From Octopus sinensis (Eukaryota): DNA of 64,000 bases. Under the pieces are notes generated by a model that was not told the DNA's origin, did not search any database, and was given only the letters and a program-made list of their open reading frames with translations. The position numbers were made by a program, and so were the translations under genes. The stretch is taken from the NCBI RefSeq assembly GCF_006345805.1, contig NW_021832282.1, positions 1 to 64,000 on the forward strand, written 5' to 3'. Shown here piece after piece: positions 23,323 through 35,952 of this stretch. How positions within the stretch are numbered: position 1 is the stretch's first letter; every line of letters begins with the position of its first letter.

Positions 23323-25779
23323 ATATATACATGCATATATATAATAACTCTTCTCAGTTAATAATATGTGTATAAAATCATTCATATATACTTCTATGCT
23401 TCGTAGCTTTTATTTCATATTTGAATATATAATCTTTAGACAGGATTAAAAAAAATCGAAGGCTGGTCGATTTCTTCAACATCGAAGATATTATTTTTTA
23501 AAACAAATCCTTAATATTCTATATATACACTGTTCGTTTTAGCTTTCTCAACTTTGAGTTCCAGTGTTAAAAATGACTTACTTTATATCTCTCGAATTTC
23601 TAGAAAATAAAGAAAATATGAAACAATTGTATTGAGGTGTTTATAAACCATTTAAAACCGTTGGATTCACCTCAAATTTAATTTGCCAAACTATTTTCGC
23701 CGTTTTGAAACCGTGACCTGTTCACTGACAAAATTCCCTGCTGCATCTGAGAAAGCAATAAGATCATGATATATCTATCATATGGTCAAATTCCGCCGAG
23801 GTCGACTTTGCCTCTCATCCTTTCGGGGTCGATAAATTAAGTACCAGTTGCGTACTGAGGTCGATCTAATCGACTGGACCCTCCCCCAAAATTTCGGAAC
23901 TTGTGCCTAGAGTAGAAAAGGATATATGATATGGCATAGTATGGTATGAATGTATACATACATGCATGCATGCATGTAGGTATGTAAGTGTATAGACGTG
24001 TCGTTGTTGTTGTTGTTAAGCAACAAAACAGGTGAGGGTGATTAGGTGATGGTCTAGGGCCTTGGGGAAAAAAAACTTTGGTCGTCTCGTTGTAGTCGAG
24101 TGCTCTTCGTTGACGCCCGACACCACTGGGAGGTGGCCCTCGAAGTCGCTGGAAATGGAGATCTCCAGGTCCAAATTCTCGGACGGCTATAGACGTGTCT
24201 GTGTATATGTGTATGTACATGTGAACGTATGTTTATTTACTGATATGTGCGTCTGGTCAAGTTGTATATATGATTTACTCTGTCGAAGGTTATAAATATA
24301 TATATGTCCCTCTCACCACCGTCTAACGAATGTCTTAGATACATACATGTATAAATACATGTATATCTCTATATATATGTGTGTGTATATATATATATAT
24401 ATGTGTGTGTGTGTATATATATATATATGTGTATGTGTATGTATATGTGTATGCATGTATATGTGTGTATGTATATATATATGTATTTATGTATTTGTAT
24501 GTATGTGTATATGTGTGTAAAGAAGTATATATATATTTGTGTGTATATATACATGTATATAAACCTACCTGTACATATGTACAAGCACACACAATCATAT
24601 AAACACGTATATATGCACACCCACCTATATACATATAATCTTAAAGTATACACACACACACACACATATATATATACGCTTATCCATCTACACATATATA
24701 TGTCACTATTTTCGCAGACATTAACCCAAGGGGTCACATATATATATATCTACTAGACTAGACTCTGAGTTTCCCAGCAACAGAGTTTTGTTTCGTGGGT
24801 TGGAAAGATTTGGCTGCTATTTCTTGTACGCCCTGCTACCACGTTACAGGTATTTCGGGTCCGTTATCGCAAATAGATGTTAGGTGGTAGCAGGACGTGC
24901 TAAAAATAGCAGCCAAATCTTTGAAGGGGAGATGTGTTGCATGCACTCGAAAAAACTACTTCACACTGAGGTTATGAACGGGTCTTTTACGAAATATCTA
25001 CCGTATGTTTAAAGCCATTTTCACTGTAGAATATTTTAAAAATCTGCCAAAAAAGTTTTTGTAATGGTATTTGCTAGAAAATAATTTGAAAGAAAAAACT
25101 TTAAAAATATTCCGTTTAAAGAAAGCTAAAATATACATGCTTACTATACAAACAGCTTACATTTTTTTAATTACATTTACGAAAAATATATGTAAATAAT
25201 TAAAATATTGTTTAACGAAAGTGAAAATAGAAATTATATTAAAAAAATCTTTTTTTTTTTTCGTTGTGAAAGATAAGAGTTTCTTCCCTTCCAGGATGAA
25301 TATTATTTTCGGAACAATTTTTCCTTGAGCACCGTTTTGGGTATTTATACCCTGAAAATCTCAAATATCTTGAAAACTTGTTTCCTTCGATTTCAGGGTA
25401 GACTTAATTCAGGGTATTCTCCCCCAGTATGTGCCAGTTTTGCTGACTAACATTACAAGCAAGCAAGCAAATTTGAAACTGAGTTTTAACGTATTATATA
25501 TATGTGTATATATGTGTGTATGCATGTGTGAGTGAATATATGTGTATGTATATATGTGCCTGTATGTGTGTGTATATATATGTATATATATATATATATA
25601 TGCATGTATATATATGTATGTATATATATGTATATGTGTGTATGTATATGCATGTATGTATATATGCATGTGTATGTATATGTATATATGTGTATTTATG
25701 TATGTATGCGTATGTATGTATATGTATGTGTGTGTATATATATGTATGTGTATATATGAATGTGTATGTGTGTAAAGAA

Positions 25780-25812
<33 letters not shown>

Positions 25813-25814
<2 letters not shown>

Positions 25815-25974
25815 TACAGGAGTGGCTGTGTGGTAAGTAGCTTGTTTACAAACCACATGGTTCCGGGTTCAGTCCCACTGCGTAGCACCTTGGGCAAGTG
25901 TCTTCTACTATAGCCTCGGGCCGACCAAGCCTTGTGAGTGGATTTGGTAGACGGAAACTGAAAAGAAGCCCGTC

Positions 25975-26006
<32 letters not shown>

Positions 26007-26405
26007 GTACAGGAGTGGCTGTGTGGTAAGTAGCTTGTTTACAAACCACATGGTTCCGGGTTCAGTCCCACTGCGTAGCACCTTGGGCAAGTGTCTTCTA
26101 CTATAGCCTCGGGCCGACCAAAGCCTTGTGAGTGGATTTGGTAGACGGAAACTGAAAAGAAGCCCGTCGTGTATATATATATATATATGCGTGTGTGTGT
26201 TTGTGTGCCGGTGTTTGTCCCCCCTAGCATTGCTTGACAACCGATGCTGGTGTGTTTATGTCCCCGTTACTTAGCGGTTCGGCAAAAGAGACCGATAGAA
26301 TAAGTACTGGGCTTACAAAAAGAATAAGTCCCAGGGTCGAGTTGCTCGATTAAAGGCGGTGCTCCAGCATGGCCGCAGTCAAATGACTGAAACAAGTAAA
26401 AGAGT
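25813..26405 (+). mobile_element. SINE A with tandemly duplicated head
   Basis: Near-identical heads at 25813 and about 26005. Confidence 0.9.
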
Positions 26406-26476
26406 ATATATTTGTGTATATATATACATGCATATATATATGTGTGTATAGATGTATGCATATGTGTGTGTATATA

Positions 26477-27259
26477 TATTGGATCGTTCCATAAATAATG
26501 TAGCTTTTTCAATTGTATGAACTAAAAGTCAGAGGGGTGTGGGATAAACTACCTGCATCAACTTACTATAAAAGCAGGTAGTAATTTTACCTTGCACTTA
26601 TTCTTAGTGCAGGCTTTGGAGAGTGCAGTTTGATTTTGAGTTATTTTTTTCGAAGTTATAACCGAAGTGAGAAAGGAGCATATTTAGTATGCTTTGCTTG
26701 ATGAGTTCAAAGAAGGCAACAGCTCAACGGAAAGTGTGAGGAATATTAATGCAGTATACGGGGATCGGACAATAAGTGTAAGCTAGTGTCAATGGTGGTT
26801 TCAGAAATTCTGAGCCGGAAACTACAGCTTAGAAGATGAGCCCTTGAAGATGTGTATAACTCAACAAGGATGTCCTGAATACCCTGGTGGAACTAATAGA
26901 GACGCTTGGAGTTTTTCATTCACTCATTCATTGACACCTGCATGCCATTGGGTCAATGGGTTCCAAATTGGGTCAGTGGGTTTCTCACAAACTTTCTGAG
27001 TCGAATCTGGTGCAGAGAAGGAATAGGGGCTTTTCTTTGCTGCCTTGTTTCATGAATGAACCCTTTTTTAGAACAAATAGTGACAGGTAACAAGAAATGG
27101 GTTCTTTATAAAAATGTCAAGCACCGAAGACTGGGGGTAGGGAAAGGTCTTCACCCAAGTATGTGTGTGTATATATATATATATATATACACACACACAT
27201 ACATGCACGTATATACACACATACTTGGGTGAAGACCTTTGTGTATATATGTGCATGTA

Positions 27260-27290
<31 letters not shown>

Positions 27291-27722
27291 CTGTGTGTAT
27301 ATATATGTGTATGTATGTGTGTATATATATGTGTATGTATGTGTGTATATATATGTGTATGTATGTGTGTATATATATATATATATCTGTGTGTATATAT
27401 ATGTGTGTATATATGTATGCATGTGTATGTATATATGCATGTGTATGTATATATGAATGTGTATGTATATATATGTATGTGTATATATGAATGTGTATAT
27501 ATGAATGTGTATGTGTATATGTGTGTAAAGAAGTATATATATATTTGTGTGTATATATACATGCATATATATGTGTATAGGTGTATGCATATGTGTATAT
27601 ATATATATTGGGTCGTTCCATAAGCAGGTCTTCACCCAAGTAAGGGGTTATCTAGGTGGTGGGATATGAAAGGTTGAGTCCATTTTGGCCTTTAAACCCA
27701 AACCAAACCATAAAAAAGATTA
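26477..27722 (+). pseudogene. Mariner transposon relic (left TIR plus degenerate transposase)
   Basis: TA-TTGGATCGTTCCATAA end; EFKEGNSSTESVRNINAVYG, GQWVSHKL (WVPHEL-like), IVTGNKKWVLYKN, GLHP..WWDMKG; interrupted at 27162-27625. Confidence 0.8.
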
Positions 27723-27724
27723 TT

Positions 27725-28090
27725 GGCGCAGGAGTGGCTGTGTGGTAAGTAGCTTGCTTACCAACCACATGGTTCTGGGTTCAGTCCCACTGCATGGCAC
27801 CTTGGGCAAGTGTCTTCTACTATAGCCTCAGGCCGACAAAAGCCTTGTGAGTGGATTTGATAGACGGAAACTGAAAGAAGCCTGTTGTATAGATGTATAT
27901 ATATATGTGTGTGTTTAGGTGTCTGTGTTTGTCCCCCTAGCATTGCTTGACAACCGATGCTGGTTTGGCAAAAGAGACCGATGGAATAAGTACTAGGCTT
28001 ACAAAGAATAAGTCCTGGGGTCCATTTTCTCAACTAAAGGCGGTGCTCCAGCATGGCCACAGTCAAAAGACTGAAACAAGTAAAAGAGTA
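27725..28090 (+). mobile_element. SINE A
   Basis: Matches family consensus. Confidence 0.9.
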
Positions 28091-28096
28091 AATATG

Positions 28097-28127
<31 letters not shown>

Positions 28128-28404
28128 TGTCCTTGCCTTTGAAACATGGAGTAGATGAAACAAGGGACAACTGAAGAAGCGAAATATTCTTTATGTTGTA
28201 TGTTTCATTTCTGTTGTATGTTTCATTTTTTTTCATTGTCCGAAAAAAAAGTTTGTTTCTATGTTTTTGTTTCTCATTGTGTTCAACGTTTTTTTTTTAT
28301 GTCCTGTACCCATATATGCATGTATATATATACATACATATGTGGGTATGTACATATATGTATGTATATATACATATATTTATATATTATTTATGTTATT
28401 TTCT

Positions 28405-28760
28405 GAGCACCTTTTCAAACTCCACCTGTCTAACACCCGTGGACATGTTTACAAAGTCAGAAAACAGCACAGCTCCTATGACTTTAGGAAACATTTTTTC
28501 ACGCTAAGAGTTGCTGAAGCATGGAACAAACTGCCGGCATCAGTTGTTAGTTGTCGGATCACTGCATCCTTCAAAACTTCCATGCTTCCTGAGATTCGCC
28601 AACACTACACCTGATTTTCTCCCCCCCCATACACATAAGCAAGCATGTATCTGACTCATACACTGTTCACTTCCCACTGCATATGCTTTATACACACTTT
28701 TGACAAGTTGTGGGTCACCTGAGCACTGTATACAATAATTTCATTATTATTATTATTATA
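28405..28760 (+). mobile_element. CR1-group LINE 3' end, same family
   Basis: EHLFKLHLSNTRGHVYKVRK..HYT stop, then (ATT)n. Confidence 0.85.
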
Positions 28761-29089
28761 TGTACGTGTGTGTGTGTGTGTGTGTATACAAAGACACACC
28801 CATTGAAAATTAAAGTAAGCACATGCACTGGTTCAACGCCACTTGTTTATTTTACCGGCTGACTATCCAATGATTTGTTTAGTGTGTTGACTCTACAATG
28901 AATTGGTTGTAACTTCTCTTTGTCAGAATTCTTTACTTTACTATTTGCGACCACATCAATGACATGGCCTCACACTTCCAGTTCTGCTTTAAGCCTTTTT
29001 GAGAATTAAATCTCATGCTTCTGTGTTTGAATGTATGTGTCTAGGTATGTGTGTGTGTGTGGAGCTGTTTTACTTTTTAATAAGTTAAG

Positions 29090-29325
29090 TTAATTTTTTG
29101 GCTTAAAAAGCTAAAAGCAAGGCCATGTAGGGGGACAGGGAGTTATGTACAGGGAGGGTGGTCATACAAAGAGTTCAGGCCATTTGTGGTCAAGGCAGAC
29201 TTTGAACCGAGCGGTCGTCGGCATCTTCACCATCTCGTCCGGCAGCTTATTCCACGGATCCGCAACCCTGACGGAGAAAGCCCCTCTCCTTCGATTGAGA
29301 TGAAATCGTCGTAGATAGAGCTTTA
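29090..29325 (-). mobile_element. Short CR1-group LINE 3' end, third family
   Basis: Homologous to the unit of the 30.4-33.3 kb array. Confidence 0.8.
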
Positions 29326-30092
29326 TATCATCATCATCATCATCATCATTTAACGTCCGCTTTCCATGCTAGCATGGGTTGGACGGTTCAACTGGGGTCT
29401 GGGGAGCCCGAAGGCTGCACCAGGCCAGTCAGATCTGGCAGTGTTTCTACAGCTGGATGCCCTTCCTGACGCCAACCACTCCGAGAGTGTAGTGGGTGAT
29501 TTTATGTGCCACCGACACAGGTGCCAGACGAGGCTGGCGAACGGCCACGCTCGGATGGTGTTTTTATGTGCCACCGACACAGGTGCCAGACGAGGCTGAC
29601 GAACGGCCACGATCGGATGGTGTTTCTTACGTGCCCATAGCACGGAGGCCAGTCGATGCGGTACTGGCTACGGCCACGTTCGGATGGTTTTCTTGTGTGC
29701 CACCGGCACTGGTACCACAAAGATACAAATTCCATTGATGTTCATCTATTTTGATTTGATTTGATTTGATTTTCACTTGCCTCAACAGGTCTTCACAAGT
29801 GTCACAAGAAGGAAGGAAGGTATGCACAGGTGAACTGACAACGTCCCAAGTAGGGGCCACGGGTTATGGCCTGACTAGTCTTGCCGGGTTTTCGGATGAT
29901 GTTTTTATGTGCCTCCGACACAGGTGCCAGATGGATGGTGTTTGTTACGTGCCCACAGCACGGAGGCCAGTCGATGCGGTACTGGCTACGGCCACGTTCG
30001 GATGGTTTTCTTGTGTGCCACCGGCACTGAACCACAAAGATACAAATTCCATTGATGTTCATCTATTTTGATTTGATTTGATTTGATTTGAT
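29326..30092 (-). mobile_element. Retroposon family D with internal tandem duplications
   Basis: About 60-bp internal repeats; block 29626-29770 repeated at about 29942-30092. Confidence 0.75.
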
Positions 30093-30339
30093 CTATATAT
30101 ATATATATATATATATATATAATCATATCAAAGGGAAATGGAATTTAATTAAATGTAAAATATTCAATCAAAATTTACATTTCAAGTGGGTACTAGATGG
30201 TAAATGTTTTTCATTTCCAAATTTATTCCCGTCGAATTTTATCCGTTATTTTTGTGGTTTATAGAACCTAGTAGTTCTCTCTAAAGTGTTGAATCTCACA
30301 CTAAGTGGATTCCTTATGTGTATAAATATGCACTATATC

Positions 30340-30374
<35 letters not shown>

Positions 30375-30381
<7 letters not shown>

Positions 30382-33255
30382 CAATTCAATTTTTATTGGC
30401 TCAAAAAGCAAAAGCAAGGCCATGTAGGGGGACATGGAGTTATGTACAGGGAGGGTGGTCATACAAAGAGTTCAGGCCATTTCTGGTCAAGAAAGACTTT
30501 GAACCGAGCGGTCGTCAGCATCTTCACTATCTTGTCCGGCAGCTTATTCCACGAATCTGCAACCCAGACGGAGAAAGCCCCCTCTCCTTCAATTGAGATG
30601 AAATCGTCGCAGATAGAGCTTTTCGGAGTGACCCCGCAGCCTACGCTCTGGAGCAGGAGTGAAGAACAGCTCTTTCGAGAGGTTACACTTTCCGCTTATG
30701 ATGTTGTGAGGCCATGTAGGGGGACATGGAGTTATGTACAGGGAGGGTGTTCATGTAAAGAGTTCAGGCCACTTGTGGTCAAGAAAGACTTTGAACCGAG
30801 CGGTCGTCGGCATCTACACTAACTCGTCCGGCAGCTTATTCCACGGATCCGCAACCCAGACGGAGAAAGCCCCCTCTCCTTCAATTGAGATGAAATCGTC
30901 GCAGATAGAGCTTTTCGGAGTGACCCCGCAGCCTACGCTCTGGAGCAGGAGTGAAGAACAGCTCTTTCGAGAGGTTACACTTTCCGCTTATGATGTTGTG
31001 AGGCCATGTAGGGGGACATGGAGTTATGTACAGGGAGGGTGGTCATACAAAGATTTCAGGCCATTTGTGGTCAAGAAAGACTTTGAACCTAGCGGTCGTC
31101 GGCATCTACACTAACTCGTCCGGCAGCTTATTCCACGGATCCGCAACCCAGACGGAGAAAAGCCCCCTCTCCTTCAATTGAGATGAAATGAAATCGTCGC
31201 AGATAGAGCTTTTCGGAGTGACCCCGCAGCCTACGCTCTGGAGCAGGAGTGAAGAACAGCTCTTTCGAGAGGTTACACTTTCCGCTTATGATGTGTGAGG
31301 CCATGTAGGGGGACATGGAGTTATGTACAGGAGGGTGGTCATACAAAGAGTTCAGGCCATTTCTGGTCAAGAAAGACTTTGAACCGAGCGGTCGTCAGCA
31401 TCTACACTAACTCGTCCGGCAGCTTATTCCACGAATCTGCAACCCAGACGGAGAAAGCCCCCTCTCCTTCAATTGAGATGAAATCGTCGCAGATAGAGCT
31501 TTTCGGAGTGACCCCGCAGCCTACGCTCTGGAGCAGGAGTGAAGAACAGCTCTTTCGAGAGGTTACACTTTCCGCTTATGATGTTGTGAGGCCATGTAGG
31601 GGGACATGGAGTTATGTACAGGGAGGGTGGTCATACAAAGATTTCAGGCCATTTGTGGTCAAGAAAGACTTTGAACCTAGCGGTCGTCAGCATCTTCACT
31701 ATCTTGTCCGGCAGCTTATTCCACGAATCTGCAACCCAGACAGAGAAAGCCCCCTCTCCTTCAATTGAGATGAAATCATCGCAGATAGAGCTTTTCGGAG
31801 TGACCCCGCAGCCTACGCTCTGGAGCAGGAGTGAAGAACAGCTCTTTCGAGAGGTTACACTTTCCGCTTATGATGTTGTGAGGCCATGTAGGGGGACATG
31901 GAGTTATGTACAGGGAGGGTGGTCATACAAAGAGTTCAGGCCATTTCTGGTCAAGAAAGACTTTGAACCGAGCGGTCGTCAGCATCTTCACTATCTTGTC
32001 CGGCAGCTTATTCCACGAATCTGCAACCAGACGGCGAAAGCCCCCTCTCCTTCAATTGAGATGAAATCATCGCAGATAGAGCTTTTCGGAGTGACCCCGC
32101 AGCCTACGCTCTGGAGCAGGAGTGAAGAACAGCTTTTTCAAGAGGTTACACTTCCCGCTTATGATGTTGTGAGGCCATGTAGGGGGACATGGAGTTATGT
32201 ACAGGGAGGGTGGTCATACAAAGATTTCAGGCCATTTGTGGTCAAGAAAGACTTTGAACCTAGCGGTCGTCGGCATCTACACTAACTCGTCCGGCAGCTT
32301 ATTCCACGGATCCGCAACCCAGACGGAGAAAGCCCCCTCTCCTTCAATTGAGATGAAATCGTCGCAGATAGAGCTTTTCGGAGTGACCCCGCAGCCTACG
32401 CTCTGGAGCAGGAGTGAAGAACAGCTCTTTCGAGAGGTTACACTTTCCGCTTATGATGTTGTGAGGCCATGTAGGGGGACATGGAGTTATGTACAGGGAG
32501 GGTGGTCATACAAAGAGTTCAGGCCATTTCTGGTCAAGAAAGACTTTGAACCGAGCGGTCGTCAGCATCTACACTAACTCGTCCGGCAGCTTATTCCACG
32601 AATCTGCAACCCAGACGGAGAAAGCCCCCTCTCCTTCAATTGAGATGAAATCGTCGCAGATAGAGCTTTTCGGAGTGACCCCGCAGCCTACGCTCTGGAG
32701 CAGGAGTGAAGAACAGCTCTTTCGAGAGGTTACACTTTCCGCTTATGATGTTGTGAGGCCATGTAGGGGGACATGGAGTTATGTACAGGGAGGGTGGTCA
32801 TACAAAGATTTCAGGCCATTTGTGGTCAAGAAAGACTTTGAACCTAGCGGTCGTCAGCATCTTCACTATCTTGTCCGGCAGCTTATTCCACGAATCTGCA
32901 ACCCAGACGGAGAAAGCCCCCTCTCCTTCAATTGAGATGAAATCGTCGCAGATAGAGCTTTTCGGAGTGACCCCGCAGTCGACGCTCTGGAGCAGGAGTG
33001 AAGAACAGCTCTTTCGAGAGGTTACACTTTCCGCTTATGATGTTGTGAGGCCATGTAGGGGGACATGGAGTTATGTACAGGGAGGGTGGTCATACAAAGA
33101 GTTCAGGCCATTTCTGGTCAAGGGAGACTTTGAACCGAGCGGTCATTGGCATCTTCACTATCTCGTCCGGCAGCTTATTCCACGGATCCACAACCCAGAC
33201 GGAGAAAACCCCTCTCCTTCGATTGAGATGAAATCGTTGTAGATAGAACTTTATA
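30375..33255 (-). repeat. Tandem array of a 292-bp CR1 LINE 3'-end unit (9 full plus 1 partial)
   Basis: Unit starts near 30418, 30710, 31002, 31299, 31590, 31882, 32173, 32465, 32757, 33049. Minus strand encodes LRGHSEKL..RV..WNKLP..FKV.LD. Confidence 0.9.
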
Positions 33256-33267
33256 TATACATATATA

Positions 33268-33690
33268 TTCAATTCAATTTTATTGGCTCAAAAAGCAAAA
33301 GCAAGGCCATGTAGGAGGACATGGAGTTATGTACAGGGAGGGTGGTCATACAAAGAGTCCAGGCCATTTCTGGTCAAGAGAGACTTTGAACCGAGCAGTC
33401 GTCAGCATCTTCACTATCTCGTCCGGCAGGTTATTCCACGGATTCGCAACCCGGACGGAGAAAGCCCCCTCTCCTTCGATTGAGATGAAATCGTCGCAGA
33501 TAGAGCTTTTCCGAGTGACCACGGAGCCGACGCTCTGGAGCAGGAATGAAGAACAGCTTTTTCAAGAGGTTACACTTCCCGCTTATGATGTTGTGAGCGA
33601 GAATGAGATCACCACAGCATCGTCGTTTTTCTAGAGAATAACGGTCGAGCGTCTTCAGCCTTTCTTCATGTGTGTATTCGTTCTTATGTG
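33268..33690 (-). mobile_element. 5'-truncated CR1-group LINE with its own tail
   Basis: THEERLKTLDRYSLEKRRCCGDLILAHNII..LRGHSEKL; AATAAA and (ATTGA)n tail. Confidence 0.85.
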
Positions 33691-33850
33691 TATGCATGTA
33701 GCTTATTTTTTTTTTATTGGTGAGCACCTGTATGCGTTTGCATTCTTTTGGGTGTGTATGTGTGTATATAGCTTATTTTTTTAAAAATAGGTAAGTGGGT
33801 GTGTATATATAAAGCTTTTTTTTTTAATAGATAAGTGGATGTGTGTAGAT

Positions 33851-34385
33851 ACTCTTTTACTTGTTTAAGTCATTTGACTGCGGCCATGCTGGGGCACCAC
33901 CTTTAGTCGAGCAAATCGACCCCAGGACTTATTCTTTGTAAGCCTAGTACTTATTCTATCGGTCTCTTTTGCCGAACCGCTAAGTTTACTCTTTTACTTG
34001 TTTCAGTCATTTGACTGTGGCCATGCTGGAGCACTGCCTTTAGTCGAATCAAATCGACCCCAGGACTTATTCTTTGTAAGCCCAGTACTTATTCTATCGG
34101 TCTCTTTTGCCGAACCACTAAGTTACGGCGACATAAACACACCAGCATCGGTTGTCAAGCAATGTTTTGGGGACAAACACAGACACACAAACATATACAC
34201 ACACATATATATATACATATATACGATGGGCTTCTTTCAGTTTCCGTCTACCAAATCCACTCACAAGGCTTTGGTCGGCCCGAGGCTATTGTATAAGACA
34301 CTTGCCCAAGGTGCCACGCAGTGGGACTGAACCCAGAACCATGTGGTTCATAAGTAAGCTACTTACCACACAGCCAATCCTGCGA
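33851..34385 (-). mobile_element. SINE A with duplicated 3' segment
   Basis: Tail motif twice (about 33851 and 33989). Confidence 0.9.
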
Positions 34386-34445
34386 TAGCTTATTTTTTTT
34401 AAATAGGTAAGTGGGTGTGTGTGTATATAGCTTATTTTTTATTAT

Positions 34446-34630
34446 GCTGGTGGCATGTAAAAAGCACCCACTACACTCACGGAGTGGTTGGCATTAGGAA
34501 GGACATCCAGCTGTAGAAACTCTGCCAGATCAGACTGGAACCTGGTTCAGCCTCCTGGTTTCCCAGACCCCAGTCAAACTGTCCAACCCATGCTAGCATG
34601 GAAAACGGACGTTAAATGATGATGATGATA
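34446..34630 (+). mobile_element. Retroposon family D, 3' part
   Basis: Family D motif and (GAT)n tail. Confidence 0.75.
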
Positions 34631-34681
34631 TACATACACATGCAGTTATATACATATATATGTATACACACATGCATACGT

Positions 34682-34720
<39 letters not shown>

Positions 34721-34999
34721 CATACACACAGTTTTTACAAAGTTTCGATCTTTTAAATCCACTCACAAGGCATTGGTCAGTATGGTAGTGGTAGTGGTGG
34801 GGGCTATTACTGTAGAAGTAGCAGACACTGGGCCCAAGATGCCGTGCCATAGGATTGAACCCAAAACCACATAGACACAACATGTGCTTATTAACCTCAT
34901 GACCATATTTACACCTTTTGTGTAGAAACAGAAACATAATGAATTTGTGTTTGTTTTTTTTTTACCCTTTTTAAATCTTATCCCTTTTATATCTTAACA

Positions 35000-35022
35000 C
35001 TGTTGTTTCTTTGTTATTTCAG
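35000..35022 (+). promoter_or_regulatory. Splice acceptor of the ZNF terminal exon
   Basis: tgttgtttctttgttatttcag, then exon start ATTACCCTATG. Confidence 0.65.
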
Positions 35023-35084
35023 ATTACCCTATGTCCTGGATACATTGAAATATATTATATTCTGAAGGATCAAAGGAAAAGCAC

Positions 35085-35950
35085 CACACAGAACGGATAT
35101 AAAAACAGATATCAGTACAGTGAAATGTTTCTTCTGAACTTGAAAAAATAGCAACATCTTCCTTCATTGCTGACTAGAATATCTTCTCTACAAGATCTGT
35201 TGGAGAAATTTACAATTGGAGAAGTTTATAATTTAGCTTGTTGCATATTCAGATTTTGAGAAAAAGATACTGTTCATGGAGGTGTAGTGGTGTAGATTCC
35301 GTTTTGTAAGGAAGGAATTGTAAAGATAAACAGAACAGCGATACCTGTGTATTTTTGGTGAAAGAAGAAGAATAATGGAAACCAGCGACAATATTCAAGA
35401 ATTGATTTTTCCGACAGAACGGATATAAAAACAGATATCAGTACAGTGAAAGGTTTCTTCTGAACTTGAAAAAATAGCGACATCTTCCTTGGAATTGTAA
35501 AGACAAACAGAACAGCGATACCTGTGTATTTTTGGTGAAAGAAGAAGAATAATGGAAACTAGCGACAATATTCAAGAATTGATTTTTCCGACAGAACAGA
35601 TATAAAAACAGATATCAGTACAGTGAAAGGTTTCTTCTGAACTTGAAAAAATAGCGACATCTTCCTTGGAATTGTAAAGACAAACAGAACAGCGATACCT
35701 GTGTATTTTTGGTGAAAGAAGAAGAATAATGGAAACTAGCGACAATATTCAAGAATTGATTTTTCCGACAGAACGGATATAAAAACAGATATCAGTACAG
35801 TGAAAGGTTTCTTCAGAACTTGAAAAAATAGCGACATCTTCCTTCTTTGCTGTCCGGAATATCTTCTCTACAAGATCTGTTGGAGAAATTTACAATTTAG
35901 CTTGTTGCATATTCAGATATACCTGTGTATTTTTGGTGAAAGAAGAAGGA
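35085..35950 (+). repeat. 177-bp tandem repeat containing copies of the ZNF start region
   Basis: ATG GAA AC(C/T) AGC GAC AAT ATT CAA at 35375, 35552, 35729. Confidence 0.9.
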
Positions 35951-35952
35951 TA

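Noticed and set aside
30286-33634. Plus-strand ORFs up to 223 aa
   Set aside because: Antisense translations of the LINE-derived array; the informative frame is on the minus strand and is fragmentary.
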